DNA of 64,000 nucleotides from a virus (Duplodnaviria; Caudoviricetes): IMG/VR virus record IMGVR_UViG_2588253764_000003; one strand, 5' to 3'. Shown piece by piece: positions 22,184 to 33,046 of this stretch (position 1 is its first letter; each line of letters starts with the position of its first letter). The notes under the pieces were generated by a model. It saw only the letters and a program-made list of their open reading frames with translations, ran no database searches and was not told where the DNA came from. The position numbers and the translations under genes were made by a program.

Positions 22184-23971
22184 ATGATAAAAGCGGGGCA
22201 ATCTGTATTGTTATTCATCTTTTTGCGTAGGAAGAGTTTTTTAAGGTTTTTTCTTGCCTTAGTGTTGTTTGTCCTGTTGCGTGGCGTAAATGTTTATGCG
22301 CGCTCCTCAGCTATTTTTCATTCCCCAACCGATAATTTTTCTCGCAGATATTCAGAAAAGCAGCAATTAGAAAGAATTGAGAATTTACGGGCCTTAACGC
22401 CTAAAGGTATGACAAGGACTTCTGAGGGAAAACAAGGAGCACTTTTGGGGAGTGTGTACTGCTTCCCAATTCATGATATAGTTGTTGATGGGGTTTATCA
22501 TATCAAGAAGAGCTCTATAGCCGCTGTAACAAATCCCTATGTTGGAAGATGTATCGGTCTTGTCGATATCCAGCTCTTAATCAAGAAGTTAACCAAAGTT
22601 TATTTGGATCAAGGCTATGTAACGGCGCGTTTTTACATTCCTGATCAAGATATCAAAAACAGCAAGACGCTCAAATTTGTTGTGGTTGAGGGCAAGCTTT
22701 CGGATATTTATTACAATGGCTTACCAGCTTCTTCTCATAATTATGTTGTTTGGAGTGCTTTTCCGGGTTTGGAAGGGCACATTCTGAATATGCGCGATAT
22801 TGAACAGGGGCTTGATCAAATCAACAGGCTTTTTTCAGGGCACGCTCAAAGCGAACTTCTTCCAGGGCGTGAAGAAGGGAGCACCATTGTCAATATTAAC
22901 AATCATCCCGATAAAACTTTCAAGGTTACTGTTTCTCATGACAATATGGGACAATCTTCCACGGGTTATGCGCGTTATAGTGCGGGCTTAAGGGTAGAAA
23001 ATATTTTAGGGATGAATGATGCGTGGGGTTTTAACTATCAACGCAGTGAGCCCGATTATTGGGGTGGGAGCAAGCAAGAAGGACATAGCAATAACATTTC
23101 AGCGAGTGTGAGTATTCCATATGGTTATTGGACCTTTGGATTGAATGGCACTGTTTATAATTATCAAAGCATTATCCATGGCAATTTTACCGATATTGAG
23201 ACGACGGGGGATTCCAGTGAGTTACATGCCAGTACAAGCAGGGTTCTTCACCGTGATAGTGTTTCCCTGACAACTTTGAATGTGGGGCTTTCCTATAAAA
23301 GAACCAACAACTACCTTCTTGGCAATAAGATAGAGGTTGGCAGTCGTCAATATAGTGTCGCCAATTTTGGCATTTCGCATTCTCGTCAGATGTTCGGGGG
23401 GACTTGGACCTTTGATGTGAGTTATTTGCAAGGACCTCCCCTTTTCCATTCTGTAAAGAAACATACTCCAGGAGCGGGGGATGGGGAGCCTCAATTTGCA
23501 AAATTTACCGGCACACTGAGTGTTATGACGCCTTTTAAGGTTGGTGAGTGGAATTTTCTGTTGAGCAATCTTTTGAGTGGTCAATATTCACCACATAATT
23601 TATTGGCTGCAGAGCAGATTTCGTTGGGAGGCACTTCCAATGTTCGTGGCACGCGCGAGAGTTTGATTTTTGGCAATAACGGTTTTTTTACCCGTAATGA
23701 CTTGATGCTGAGAACCATTCCGTGGAGCAATAGTGCGACGCTCAAAAAGACTTTGGGTGAACTTCGCCCTTATGTTGGTTTGGACTATGGTCGTGTTTTT
23801 TCGCAAGCTTTGTATGGATTTACGAGTGAACAGCTTGCGGGTTGGACAGCAGGCATCAAGCTTTCAGGGGGGATGGTTTCTCTTGATGCCAGTTATTCCA
23901 GTATTTTCTGGAGCACAGTCAAACATAAGAAGTCAGGCACATTTTTAATGACATTAGCAATGGAACTTTAA
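22184..23971 (+). CDS. fhaC: ShlB/FhaC/HecB (CdiB-like) two-partner secretion transporter
   Basis: POTRA motif YLDQGYVTAR, LNMRDIEQGLDQINRL, VRG motif and beta-barrel C-terminus. Start codon uncertain. Confidence 0.92.
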   Translation: MIKAGQSVLLFIFLRRKSFLRFFLALVLFVLLRGVNVYARSSAIFHSPTDNFSRRYSEKQQLERIENLRALTPKGMTRTSEGKQGALLGSVYCFPIHDIVVDGVYHIKKSSIAAVTNPYVGRCIGLVDIQLLIKKLTKVYLDQGYVTARFYIPDQDIKNSKTLKFVVVEGKLSDIYYNGLPASSHNYVVWSAFPGLEGHILNMRDIEQGLDQINRLFSGHAQSELLPGREEGSTIVNINNHPDKTFKVTVSHDNMGQSSTGYARYSAGLRVENILGMNDAWGFNYQRSEPDYWGGSKQEGHSNNISASVSIPYGYWTFGLNGTVYNYQSIIHGNFTDIETTGDSSELHASTSRVLHRDSVSLTTLNVGLSYKRTNNYLLGNKIEVGSRQYSVANFGISHSRQMFGGTWTFDVSYLQGPPLFHSVKKHTPGAGDGEPQFAKFTGTLSVMTPFKVGEWNFLLSNLLSGQYSPHNLLAAEQISLGGTSNVRGTRESLIFGNNGFFTRNDLMLRTIPWSNSATLKKTLGELRPYVGLDYGRVFSQALYGFTSEQLAGWTAGIKLSGGMVSLDASYSSIFWSTVKHKKSGTFLMTLAMEL

Positions 23972-23995
23972 GCGTATTTATTGGGGAGTTAAAGC

Positions 23996-26900
23996 ATGGG
24001 ACATGAGAAGAGAGAACAAAGAACAACTTTATTAAGCGTTTTAGTTTCTAGTACGATGCTCAAGAAGGTTTTATTGGGGGGGCTTGGTTTTTCTTGTTTG
24101 TTAGTCCCTTCAGCGTTACAGGCACAAATTGCCGTTGATGCGAGCGCAGGTGCAGGCTATCGTCCAGATATTGTGGCAGCGCCCAATGGGGTTCCTTCCA
24201 TTGATATTGTTACCCCAAACAGCAGCGGTTTATCGCACAATAAATATAATGATTTTAATATTGGCAATGGAGGTGTGATTTGGAACAATCATGCGCAAGA
24301 AGTAGGGCAATCGCAATTGGGGGGTATTATGCCGGGCAATCCGCATTTGCGTGTTACCGGTTCAGCGAAGGTTATTTTAAATGAAGTGACCAGCAGTAAG
24401 CGCAGTGCCTTGAATGGTCCAGGAGAGGTTTTTGGGCGTCCAGCCGATGTGATTATAGCCAATCCCAATGGGATCAGTTGTGATGGTTGTGGGTTTATCA
24501 ATACGCCCCATGCGACCTTAACCACTGGTGTTCCTGAAATTGATGCTTCTGGTTTTCTGAAAGGTTTTGTGGTACGAGGTGGGGATATCACTTTTGGGAC
24601 AAAGGGCGCGAATTTTTTCTCAGGCAAGGGAGCGGTTGATATCGTTGATATTGTTTCTCGCACAGTGCATTTTGAAGGTCCTGTTGCGGGGAAGGATATT
24701 GGGGTTGTTGCTGGAACGGGTCGTTATGATTATGCTTCGCGTGAAATGAAAGAGCTCACCGATATCACTGGTAAACCAGAATATGCGATAGATGGTTCTG
24801 CTTTGGGGGCTCTTCAAGCGGATCAGATTAAACTTGTGGCAACCGAAAAAGGTGTTGGGGTTCGCATGCGCCATGATATGGCAGCCAATGCAGGGCAGTT
24901 ACACCTTTCTGCGGATGGAAAAATTTCCCTACAGAGTGCTTTTGGTCATGGGGGTGTTGTTCTCAAGTCGAAAAGCCAGAGCATCTTGGCAAAACGCATC
25001 ACTTCCAAAAGGCATGTTGATATTGCTGCAAAAAAAGATGTGACGTTAGAAACCGTTGGGGCGGATGGCCATTTTACAGCAGAGGCACAAGAAGGGCTTT
25101 TAACCATTGCAGGGCAAGCGACCTCTGGGGGCAATATGAAACTGTCTTCACGCGAAGCCATCAAAGTCTCAGGGCTAGGGTCTGGGGCTGATATGGCATT
25201 TGAAACGGGCGGTGATCTGACCCTTGCTGGCACTGTTTTGTCTGGGGGCAATTTAAAAGCCCATGCCGGTGGTGATATCAGGGCGGATCTTTTAGCTGGT
25301 GGGGTTGATATGGCAGCAACGGGGGCAGCAGGCAGTTTGATTTTGGGCAACCAAGGGGGCGTTGATCTCCAGAGTCGTCAAGGTGCGATAGCCGCGGAAA
25401 GCATTTATGGAGCGGGAGATATCACATTGGTTTCTCATAACGGGATTTCGGTTTCTCAAACAATCCTCTCTCATGATCATGTTGTCATTCATACCCAACC
25501 TGATGCTAGAGTTCATTTTGGACAACTGATTGCTTATGGAAAGGTAGATATTGATGGTGGAGCGATTGATTTTTCTTCGTTGATGGCGGGTGGAGATGCT
25601 GTTTTAAAGGGTGGCAGCCTTAATGCTGGCACCCTGATGACAGGGTTAGATTTTGTTCGCTCTCAGGTGAGCCCTTGGAATCCTACAGGTGCTCTTGTTT
25701 TTTATGATAAAGGTTCCCTTTCTATCACAGTACAAAGGGGGATAAAGGTTGGACATATTATCAGTGGTGAAAATATTGACCTTTTTGCTGGCAACGACAT
25801 TTATTATGATCAGATCATAGGGTACGGCAGTGCAACATTAACATCGGTATCAGGAGGGATCAGTGTGGAGAATGTGCTGTCTGTTATGGGGGATGTGAGG
25901 TTGACAGCAAAGACACTGGATTTAAGCAATAATCGTTCTCATATTTACACGCCGCAAACGCTGTATTTAAAGGGGGATCATATTGATGTTTCGGGGAGTG
26001 AATTGACTTATGGTGGTTTGGACTTTCAAAGCACCAATGTCCTTGATATTCACCATGCACGGTTGCAAGCTGTGATAGATCAGGGGGGGACGGGAGATAT
26101 TCTTTTTGTTGCACCAGGTGTTATGATTGATGAGACAACGTCGGTTTTAGCGGCACGAGATTTTGTCATCAAAACAGGAGAGTTGCACAATAGTGGTCAA
26201 TTGGCAGCAGGTCAGAATTTAGCATTCAGCGTGACAGGGAATGCGACCAACAGCAAAACAGGTTTAATCTACGTGAAGGGCAATGGTGCTCTCAAAGTTG
26301 ATGGGGCTTTGTTGAATGATGCTGGTGTCGTTATGGCAGAGGGTGATTTATCTTTCACCAATGCGGTGGGTACTGGAAAGAGCCTTTCCCTTGTCAATAA
26401 AGCGGGTTTAATTCAGGTAGGGGGAAACTTAAATATCCAAACCAAAACCTTGCAAAATGAAACCGATAGTACGCCTAAAATAGAGGAAAAAACTGAAGAA
26501 ATTACCATCGCATTCGAAAAACCAGATAAATATAATTTTCTCGATGGTAGGCCATTATACCATGATACAAACTGGGATCGTTGGGGCAAAGGAAAGCTTT
26601 CTAAGAGAAAGCATGGGAAAGTAGGACCAAAACACTTTATATTTGAGCAACAACTTTGGAATAACAAAGAAGGAACCTATGGTACGGCAACTTTAAAAGA
26701 TGGGACAGTCTATAAGGCATTTACTTGGGAACGTAATGCTCTAAAAGGAGACATAGAAGAATTTGTATGGAATGGTTCTCGGCGAAGAGGAGGATGGTTC
26801 GGGTCAAACAATAATAACTGGTCTCATATGACGGAGGAGACTGTCACGCAGACGTTTTCGCATAAACCGGCGGCTCAGGGGATGATACAATCTCACGGCA

Positions 26901-29900
26901 ATCTGATCATTAACGCTGATAATATTGAGAATAACTATAGCATCATGAGAGCTGGGGGCAATGCGGATATCCATGCCGAGACGCTGACCAATGTAGGAGC
27001 AACAGCCTATAAAAATACCTTTATGCATTGTCATGCTAATACAGATGCTTATTGTTATGCCTATAACGCCGATGGCAGCCGCAATGGTAGCCTCGATATA
27101 GCCAATGGCAAGGATCGCCAGACTGGCTCGGAAGTTCTCGATACTGTTCCTGGTCTTGTTCAAGCGGGTGGCACGTTGAATTTGGTGGTCGATCAACTCA
27201 ACAACAAGGCAGCGGAAGGGTCCATTACAGGGGATGCGCATTTTGAAGCAAAAGCAGCTGGAGGTAATCCACTGGAGGCGCTGAGTGGTTTGACTGGGGC
27301 TGGTGCTTTGTTTACACCAAAAGTGGATCTCAATGGTACAGAAGAACTAGCTGAGGGCAGTACTTTGCCTTTGCCAAAGCCCCAATCGGGCGGTGTTGGG
27401 GGCACGCTGCCCAACCAGAATTTCATTTATGAAACGCGGGCAGATTTCCTTGATGTCGGTAAGTTTTATGGTTCAGCCTATTTTTTGAACAGAATTGGTT
27501 ATAAGCCAGATCGGGAGATTTTCTTCTTAGGGGATGCTTATTTTGAAAAGCAACTGATTGAAAAACAAATGCGTGATCTTGTGGGGCAAGGTTTGGGTAA
27601 AGGCTCCTTTATTCCAGGAAGTGATGCCATTGAACAAGTCAAAAGTTTGCTGGATGTCGGGGCAGACTATGCCAAAGCACACAATCTTGTTTTTGGTGAG
27701 CCTTTAAGTGAAGAACAATTGGCAAGTTTAGAAGCACCGATGGTGATTTATGTTCGTCAACAGGTCAAGGGCATGGATGTTTATGCACCGGTGCTTTATA
27801 TCCCTGAAAAAGACAGAGCCTCCTTTGTTTCTGCTGGGGCTTTGATCATGGGCGATGATGTCAATATCACCAGCCCAAATACAAGCACTTCAACGATTAT
27901 CAATTCAGGTCGTATTGCGGCAAATCACCAATTGAATGTGCATGGCGGGGATATTCTCAGTCAAGGGGGGCATTTTGCAGCTGGTGGTGATGCTGTTTTG
28001 CTTGCGGAGAAGAATATTCGTTTAGATGCAGGGCGCACAACGGTTGACGGTGTGGAGACTATTTTAAACACCAATGCCTTGTCTTCTGGGGGCAATGCGA
28101 CAGTTCTTGCTAAAAAAGATATGACAGCCTCAGGGGTAAAGATCACCACGAAGGGTGATCTTGCCATGGTTACAGAAGAAGGTAACTTAACGATAGGCGC
28201 AACAGAAACCCATCACTACAGCCAGCATAGTGATGCCACCATGCACCAACAATCAGAAGTTAATTCTGGGGGCTCAACAACGTTTCTTTCTGGAAAAGAT
28301 CTGAATATTTTAGGCTCTGAGGTTCAAACAAAGGATAATCTTTTCTTACAAGCAAAAGAAAATGTTTCGATTGATGCCACACGCAACAGTGCCAATAGCC
28401 ATCGGGGGGATCAAACATCTCATGTTGCTGTGCACAATGGCTCTCATTTAAGTTCTGGAAAAGAGACCACTGTTCTCTCTGGAAAAGATATCCATGTTTC
28501 TGCGTCCGATATCGATGCGAAGGGCAATGTTGCTCTTGGTGCTCAAGGGGATATCACAATAGATACCAAATCCGATGAGATGGCGTATCATCTTCAGAAT
28601 AAAAACCTAAAAGTGGATATGCAAGGCTCGCGAGCCGTTGGCTCTTCGATCAATGCTGGGGGTGATTTTACCGCTATTGCAGGGCAAGATGGCAAACCAC
28701 ATGATCTCACCATCACGGGCAGTTCCATTGCGGCTGATGGCAAGGTAGGGCTGAAATCCAGCAACGATATTCTCATCAACAATGCAGAAAATAGTTTACA
28801 TTATGAGATGTCGTATCATAAAGAGGGGGGAGCATTTAGTAGCAGTAAATCTCAGCATAACAAGACTGATGCGTCCCAAGTTGTGGGTTCACTCATATCG
28901 GGGGGCAAAGGCGTTGCTCTTGAAGCAGCAAACAACACGGAAGTTGTTGCCTCGATGCTCACAGCCGGAAAAACAGGAGAAACGCCAGAAGACCAAACAA
29001 AAGCGGATATTAAAATTTACTCTGGTGGCAATATTCTCATCAAAGGGGCGCAAGAAAAGTATGATCAGCAAGCACAATCCTCAAAAAGTGGATTTTTGAG
29101 TAGCAAATCTTCCGATACATCTCAATCCCATACAACAACGGTTTCCTCTATTCTGGGGGCGACGGGCAATATTGTGTTAGACGCACAAGGGGATGCCACA
29201 ATCACGGCTTCTCATATGATTGCCAATGGAGATATCAATGTGGCAGGACAAAGCGTGACGATTGATGGCATGACAGATCACCATGAGAGCCATTCAGAAA
29301 CCCATAAAACAGGTTTTGGTGTGGGATCAGGCAAGGGCTTTGCTTCGATCTTTGGGAGTAAATCAAAGACAGAGAATGAAGAAAGTTTTGAACATCAAGG
29401 TTCTTCGCTCAATGGAAAAAATATCACCATCACCGCCAAAAAAGAAGATGTGAATGTGGTGGGCTCTGACTTTATTGCAGAGGAAAATATTAATGTTTCG
29501 GCAGTCCATAATGTGAATGTTTTGCCTGGTCACAATAGTCATAGCACCAACTCAAAGGAAGAACGTACAGGCTTTGGGATTCAGTTTGAAAAGAACAAAA
29601 GTGGTGTTTCTGTAGGGATTGGGGTTGCAGGCGCCAAGGATAAAGGCGATCAATGGGAAAAGTTCAATACAGCGTCCAATTTCAAAGCAGGTAATGATGC
29701 ACAGTTTAATGCTGGCAATGATGTAAATTTACAAGCGACAAATGTTTTAGCAAATCGTGATGTCAACATTAATGCTGGAAATAATATCACACTATCGGAA
29801 AGCTATGATACCTCTCATGCACAAGAAAAGCATGAAAAGTTCTTTGCTGGTGTGACAGGTTCTGTCAATGTTGGCATTCTTGGTAGTGTACAAGATATAA

Positions 29901-32041
29901 GGGATGCCGGAAAACGTTTTGGTCATGGGGATACAAAACACAAAATCGGCAATGGTTTGCTTGGTGGTTTAAAAGGTTATGATCTCTATAACAAAGGCAA
30001 AGGCCTTTACAATGGGATAAAGGGTGGAGCAAGCAAAAGTGACCTTCGTAATATGGCGGATGTTTCAGCCAGCATTACGGCAGGCTTTAAGGCTGAAAAG
30101 GCAGAGGCCTCTTCTCAAGTTTCCACCGCGGTGACCACAACAATAGAAGGTGGGCGTTCTATCAACATGCATGCCAACAATGGGAGTATCCATGGTGTTG
30201 GCGCTGATCTTATCGCTGGCACAAACCCTCTGAGCAATGATGAACAGAGCGGGAATATCACCTTGGATGCAAAAGAACATATCCTCTTTGAAAGTGCGCA
30301 AAACACGCAAAGCACGAAAAACCATTCGCAAAATATTTCTGCAAATGTTGGTTACAGCTACGGGAGTGGCGGTTCTGGGTGGATGGGCAATGCTTCTTTT
30401 GGAAAAGGAAAGGGCTCCAGTGAACAGGTTCAACACAAGAATAGCCATATTATAGGCACCAGCACTGTTCATACCAACAGTGGGGGAAATACTACATTTG
30501 CAGGCGCCGTGGTTTCTGCAAACCGTGTAGAGATGAATGTTGGTGGTGATTTCACCATTACCAGCCTCAGTGATACGGGACAAAGTTCCAGCAAGCAAAA
30601 CTCTGTTTCTGTTGGCTTTAATGGTGGAAAAAAGGATGATGTGGCGACAACCAATATTGCCTTTAACAAGGATAAAACCTCTAGTGATTATCACAGCGTT
30701 GTGGAACAATCCGGCATTAAAACCGGTGATGGCGGCTTTGATATTACAGTGGCGGGTGCAACAACCATGACCGGAGGTATTATCGGCAGCACCGCACCGG
30801 CGAACAAAAATAAACTGACTACAGGAACCATTAAAACGAGTGATATCACCAACAGTGCTGATGCTCAAGCTAACAGCGATGGGATTAGCATTTCTGCGGG
30901 TGGCCCCATGTATCAAGGCAAATACGGCGTTGGGAAAAACATTGTTAAAAATATCTTAGATCATGCAAAAGCCAAAGATTCAGAGGAAGGTTATACCAAA
31001 TCGGCCATTAGTGATAGCACCATTGTGCTGACAAATGAAGCAGGGCAAAAGGCGTTGACGGGGCAAGATGTGGAACAAGCCATCGCCTCCCTTAACCGTG
31101 ATACTGCCAACGCCCATAAGGGTGTACAACAGCTTGATGTTGCCAAGCTGGAACAAATCGTCCATGAAAACCGTGAAATGGCAATACAATTGCTGGAAGA
31201 AGGGTTTAAATACAGCGATGACTCCTATAGAACCATGTTTATCAAAGAACACCCCATCGCTGTGGTCGACCGTGATGAACAGGGCAATACAATCTATAAA
31301 ACAGATGAAAATGGTGTACCTATAAGAGACGCTCGAGGACAAAAAATCCCTAAGTTTCATTATTTAACCGATGAAGAAAAGCAGCATTTGCAAGCCGGCT
31401 CTGATGGCAAGGTGCATGTGTCCTTTAATGGCATTTTTACTCCACCCTATGAGGCCGCTGTTTATGCAGAGCAACATGCAGAGAATAAAAATGAACCACT
31501 TTATTTTGTTGTGTTTCCAGAAGCCGATTCTGCTATTTCAGAGCTTCTGGTCGCGGGATACCAGAAGTTTCTGGAAAATAACTTTTGGGGTTTGACTAAT
31601 TCAACACAAGAAGCAAAAGGTTTGATGTATAGCTATGGTCTTACAGGGTTAGAACTTTACGGCCATAGCCGTGGGACGATGACATTGGGGAATATGCTGA
31701 ATTCTTTCAAACAAGAAGGTGTGCACGGGATAGCCAACGAAAATACGAATATCAATCTTTATGGACCAGCCTTTAATGTTTTAGTTGCATCCGGTCTGTT
31801 AGGGTATGTGAGTGATGGCAAACAAACCACGATTGGCTTTGATGGTCATAGATACGATTTTGTCAGCAGAATTATTGGAGGCAATGGCTATACCTACGAG
31901 ACAATACCTGCTGGTAGTAACATGTTGAAAGAATGGTGGAGAGTGATCACAAATCCCGTAAGTCCCCATACTTGCCTTGGAGATGTGAGTGATAAGTGTA
32001 AAGTGCGCTATGGCTCATCTCATCGTGAACAAAAACCTTGA
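23996..32041 (+). CDS. fhaB: Filamentous haemagglutinin/CdiA-like exoprotein with C-terminal GHSRG (GxSxG) hydrolase-like toxin domain
   Basis: Signal peptide, TPS domain (NPNGI, CDGCGFIN) and haemagglutinin repeats. Followed by a small lipoprotein gene. Confidence 0.92.
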   Translation: MGHEKREQRTTLLSVLVSSTMLKKVLLGGLGFSCLLVPSALQAQIAVDASAGAGYRPDIVAAPNGVPSIDIVTPNSSGLSHNKYNDFNIGNGGVIWNNHAQEVGQSQLGGIMPGNPHLRVTGSAKVILNEVTSSKRSALNGPGEVFGRPADVIIANPNGISCDGCGFINTPHATLTTGVPEIDASGFLKGFVVRGGDITFGTKGANFFSGKGAVDIVDIVSRTVHFEGPVAGKDIGVVAGTGRYDYASREMKELTDITGKPEYAIDGSALGALQADQIKLVATEKGVGVRMRHDMAANAGQLHLSADGKISLQSAFGHGGVVLKSKSQSILAKRITSKRHVDIAAKKDVTLETVGADGHFTAEAQEGLLTIAGQATSGGNMKLSSREAIKVSGLGSGADMAFETGGDLTLAGTVLSGGNLKAHAGGDIRADLLAGGVDMAATGAAGSLILGNQGGVDLQSRQGAIAAESIYGAGDITLVSHNGISVSQTILSHDHVVIHTQPDARVHFGQLIAYGKVDIDGGAIDFSSLMAGGDAVLKGGSLNAGTLMTGLDFVRSQVSPWNPTGALVFYDKGSLSITVQRGIKVGHIISGENIDLFAGNDIYYDQIIGYGSATLTSVSGGISVENVLSVMGDVRLTAKTLDLSNNRSHIYTPQTLYLKGDHIDVSGSELTYGGLDFQSTNVLDIHHARLQAVIDQGGTGDILFVAPGVMIDETTSVLAARDFVIKTGELHNSGQLAAGQNLAFSVTGNATNSKTGLIYVKGNGALKVDGALLNDAGVVMAEGDLSFTNAVGTGKSLSLVNKAGLIQVGGNLNIQTKTLQNETDSTPKIEEKTEEITIAFEKPDKYNFLDGRPLYHDTNWDRWGKGKLSKRKHGKVGPKHFIFEQQLWNNKEGTYGTATLKDGTVYKAFTWERNALKGDIEEFVWNGSRRRGGWFGSNNNNWSHMTEETVTQTFSHKPAAQGMIQSHGNLIINADNIENNYSIMRAGGNADIHAETLTNVGATAYKNTFMHCHANTDAYCYAYNADGSRNGSLDIANGKDRQTGSEVLDTVPGLVQAGGTLNLVVDQLNNKAAEGSITGDAHFEAKAAGGNPLEALSGLTGAGALFTPKVDLNGTEELAEGSTLPLPKPQSGGVGGTLPNQNFIYETRADFLDVGKFYGSAYFLNRIGYKPDREIFFLGDAYFEKQLIEKQMRDLVGQGLGKGSFIPGSDAIEQVKSLLDVGADYAKAHNLVFGEPLSEEQLASLEAPMVIYVRQQVKGMDVYAPVLYIPEKDRASFVSAGALIMGDDVNITSPNTSTSTIINSGRIAANHQLNVHGGDILSQGGHFAAGGDAVLLAEKNIRLDAGRTTVDGVETILNTNALSSGGNATVLAKKDMTASGVKITTKGDLAMVTEEGNLTIGATETHHYSQHSDATMHQQSEVNSGGSTTFLSGKDLNILGSEVQTKDNLFLQAKENVSIDATRNSANSHRGDQTSHVAVHNGSHLSSGKETTVLSGKDIHVSASDIDAKGNVALGAQGDITIDTKSDEMAYHLQNKNLKVDMQGSRAVGSSINAGGDFTAIAGQDGKPHDLTITGSSIAADGKVGLKSSNDILINNAENSLHYEMSYHKEGGAFSSSKSQHNKTDASQVVGSLISGGKGVALEAANNTEVVASMLTAGKTGETPEDQTKADIKIYSGGNILIKGAQEKYDQQAQSSKSGFLSSKSSDTSQSHTTTVSSILGATGNIVLDAQGDATITASHMIANGDINVAGQSVTIDGMTDHHESHSETHKTGFGVGSGKGFASIFGSKSKTENEESFEHQGSSLNGKNITITAKKEDVNVVGSDFIAEENINVSAVHNVNVLPGHNSHSTNSKEERTGFGIQFEKNKSGVSVGIGVAGAKDKGDQWEKFNTASNFKAGNDAQFNAGNDVNLQATNVLANRDVNINAGNNITLSESYDTSHAQEKHEKFFAGVTGSVNVGILGSVQDIRDAGKRFGHGDTKHKIGNGLLGGLKGYDLYNKGKGLYNGIKGGASKSDLRNMADVSASITAGFKAEKAEASSQVSTAVTTTIEGGRSINMHANNGSIHGVGADLIAGTNPLSNDEQSGNITLDAKEHILFESAQNTQSTKNHSQNISANVGYSYGSGGSGWMGNASFGKGKGSSEQVQHKNSHIIGTSTVHTNSGGNTTFAGAVVSANRVEMNVGGDFTITSLSDTGQSSSKQNSVSVGFNGGKKDDVATTNIAFNKDKTSSDYHSVVEQSGIKTGDGGFDITVAGATTMTGGIIGSTAPANKNKLTTGTIKTSDITNSADAQANSDGISISAGGPMYQGKYGVGKNIVKNILDHAKAKDSEEGYTKSAISDSTIVLTNEAGQKALTGQDVEQAIASLNRDTANAHKGVQQLDVAKLEQIVHENREMAIQLLEEGFKYSDDSYRTMFIKEHPIAVVDRDEQGNTIYKTDENGVPIRDARGQKIPKFHYLTDEEKQHLQAGSDGKVHVSFNGIFTPPYEAAVYAEQHAENKNEPLYFVVFPEADSAISELLVAGYQKFLENNFWGLTNSTQEAKGLMYSYGLTGLELYGHSRGTMTLGNMLNSFKQEGVHGIANENTNINLYGPAFNVLVASGLLGYVSDGKQTTIGFDGHRYDFVSRIIGGNGYTYETIPAGSNMLKEWWRVITNPVSPHTCLGDVSDKCKVRYGSSHREQKP

Positions 32042-32061
32042 ATTAGATCGTGGAGTAAAAA

Positions 32062-32478
32062 ATGAAACAAACTATAAAACTATTAGGTGCTGTAACTTTG
32101 TTAGGTATTGCAGGATGTCAGTTTAATAAAACTCCTGGAGGGTATTTGAGCGCGTGGGAGAAAAATGGTGTTACTGATTTTACGGAGGTAGGAAAAGCCT
32201 TATTAGAATGTGGCATGCCAACCCCTTATGATGTCGATCCAGAAAACAGAAAGCAGAGCATCAATGCAAAAGCAACCATTTATGCTTGCATGCTTCAATC
32301 AGGTTTCCGTTATAAAGATGAAGAGGTAGCAAGAGCGGGTGGGTGGTGTTACACTTTTAGAGCCGAAAACTTGCCCATTTGTCGTCCAGGCGCTGTTGTT
32401 CCAAGGCCTAGTGTCAAAAAGCGCTTAAACAGCCCTTTTTGTAAAAAATATAAAAAAGCACCGGAATGCCAACCTTAA
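32062..32478 (+). CDS. Putative immunity lipoprotein (CdiI-like)
   Basis: Lipobox LLGIAGC, Cys-rich, directly after the toxin C-terminus. Paralogue at 34700. Confidence 0.75.
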   Translation: MKQTIKLLGAVTLLGIAGCQFNKTPGGYLSAWEKNGVTDFTEVGKALLECGMPTPYDVDPENRKQSINAKATIYACMLQSGFRYKDEEVARAGGWCYTFRAENLPICRPGAVVPRPSVKKRLNSPFCKKYKKAPECQP

Positions 32479-32569
32479 GCTATTTGTGGAAATCACAATC
32501 CCCACATTCATGTGTTCCCATGCTTGTACGGGATTGTTCCTTCAATTAATCCATTCAAAGAGGGGAAAA

Positions 32570-33046
32570 ATGAAAAAAATCTTGAAATTATTGAGCAGCA
32601 TGGCTTTTCTTATTATGGCTGGATGTATTAACCAACCTCCTCCATCAACTTTAGCATTATGGGAAAAACCAGGTGCCGATAAAGCGATGCTCCAACAAGC
32701 CTTGTCAAAATGTGGTTGGAAACCAGTCTATGCTTCTTCTGACAATATGGATTCGTATGCGAGTGAATTTGCTTCAGTTTATGAGTGCATGAAAAAAGCC
32801 GGTTTCCGGTACAAAATGCAAGATTCAAAAGGGATCTATTTTATCCCCCCTGTGAAAAGTGACTCGTTTTTAGTTAATTTGATGGTAGCTGGATATCAGC
32901 AATTTATGGACAATGACACTTTTGGTGTGACCAACAAAACGAAGAAGGAACGGGCTTTACTAGCGCATTTTGAGGATGAAAGAAAACATCAGCAAAAGAC
33001 AAAAGCTTTACAAAAGCGACCATTAAAGCGTCCTACCCATCGTTAA
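32570..33046 (+). CDS. Lipoprotein with an immunity-like N-domain fused to a segment resembling the CdiA C-terminal region
   Basis: RBS AGGGG before ATG 32570. Lipobox LIMAGC and WEKPGA...CM.K.GFRYK. Contains LMVAGYQQFMDNDTFGVTN, similar to CdiA LLVAGYQKFLENNFWGLTN. Confidence 0.65.
   Translation: MKKILKLLSSMAFLIMAGCINQPPPSTLALWEKPGADKAMLQQALSKCGWKPVYASSDNMDSYASEFASVYECMKKAGFRYKMQDSKGIYFIPPVKSDSFLVNLMVAGYQQFMDNDTFGVTNKTKKERALLAHFEDERKHQQKTKALQKRPLKRPTHR

Noticed and set aside
30065-30916. 283-aa antisense ORF and many other 60-155 aa shadow ORFs inside the cdiA, RM, integrase and repeat genes
   Set aside because: They are opposite-strand or alternate-frame by-products of long genes, with no recognisable motifs.
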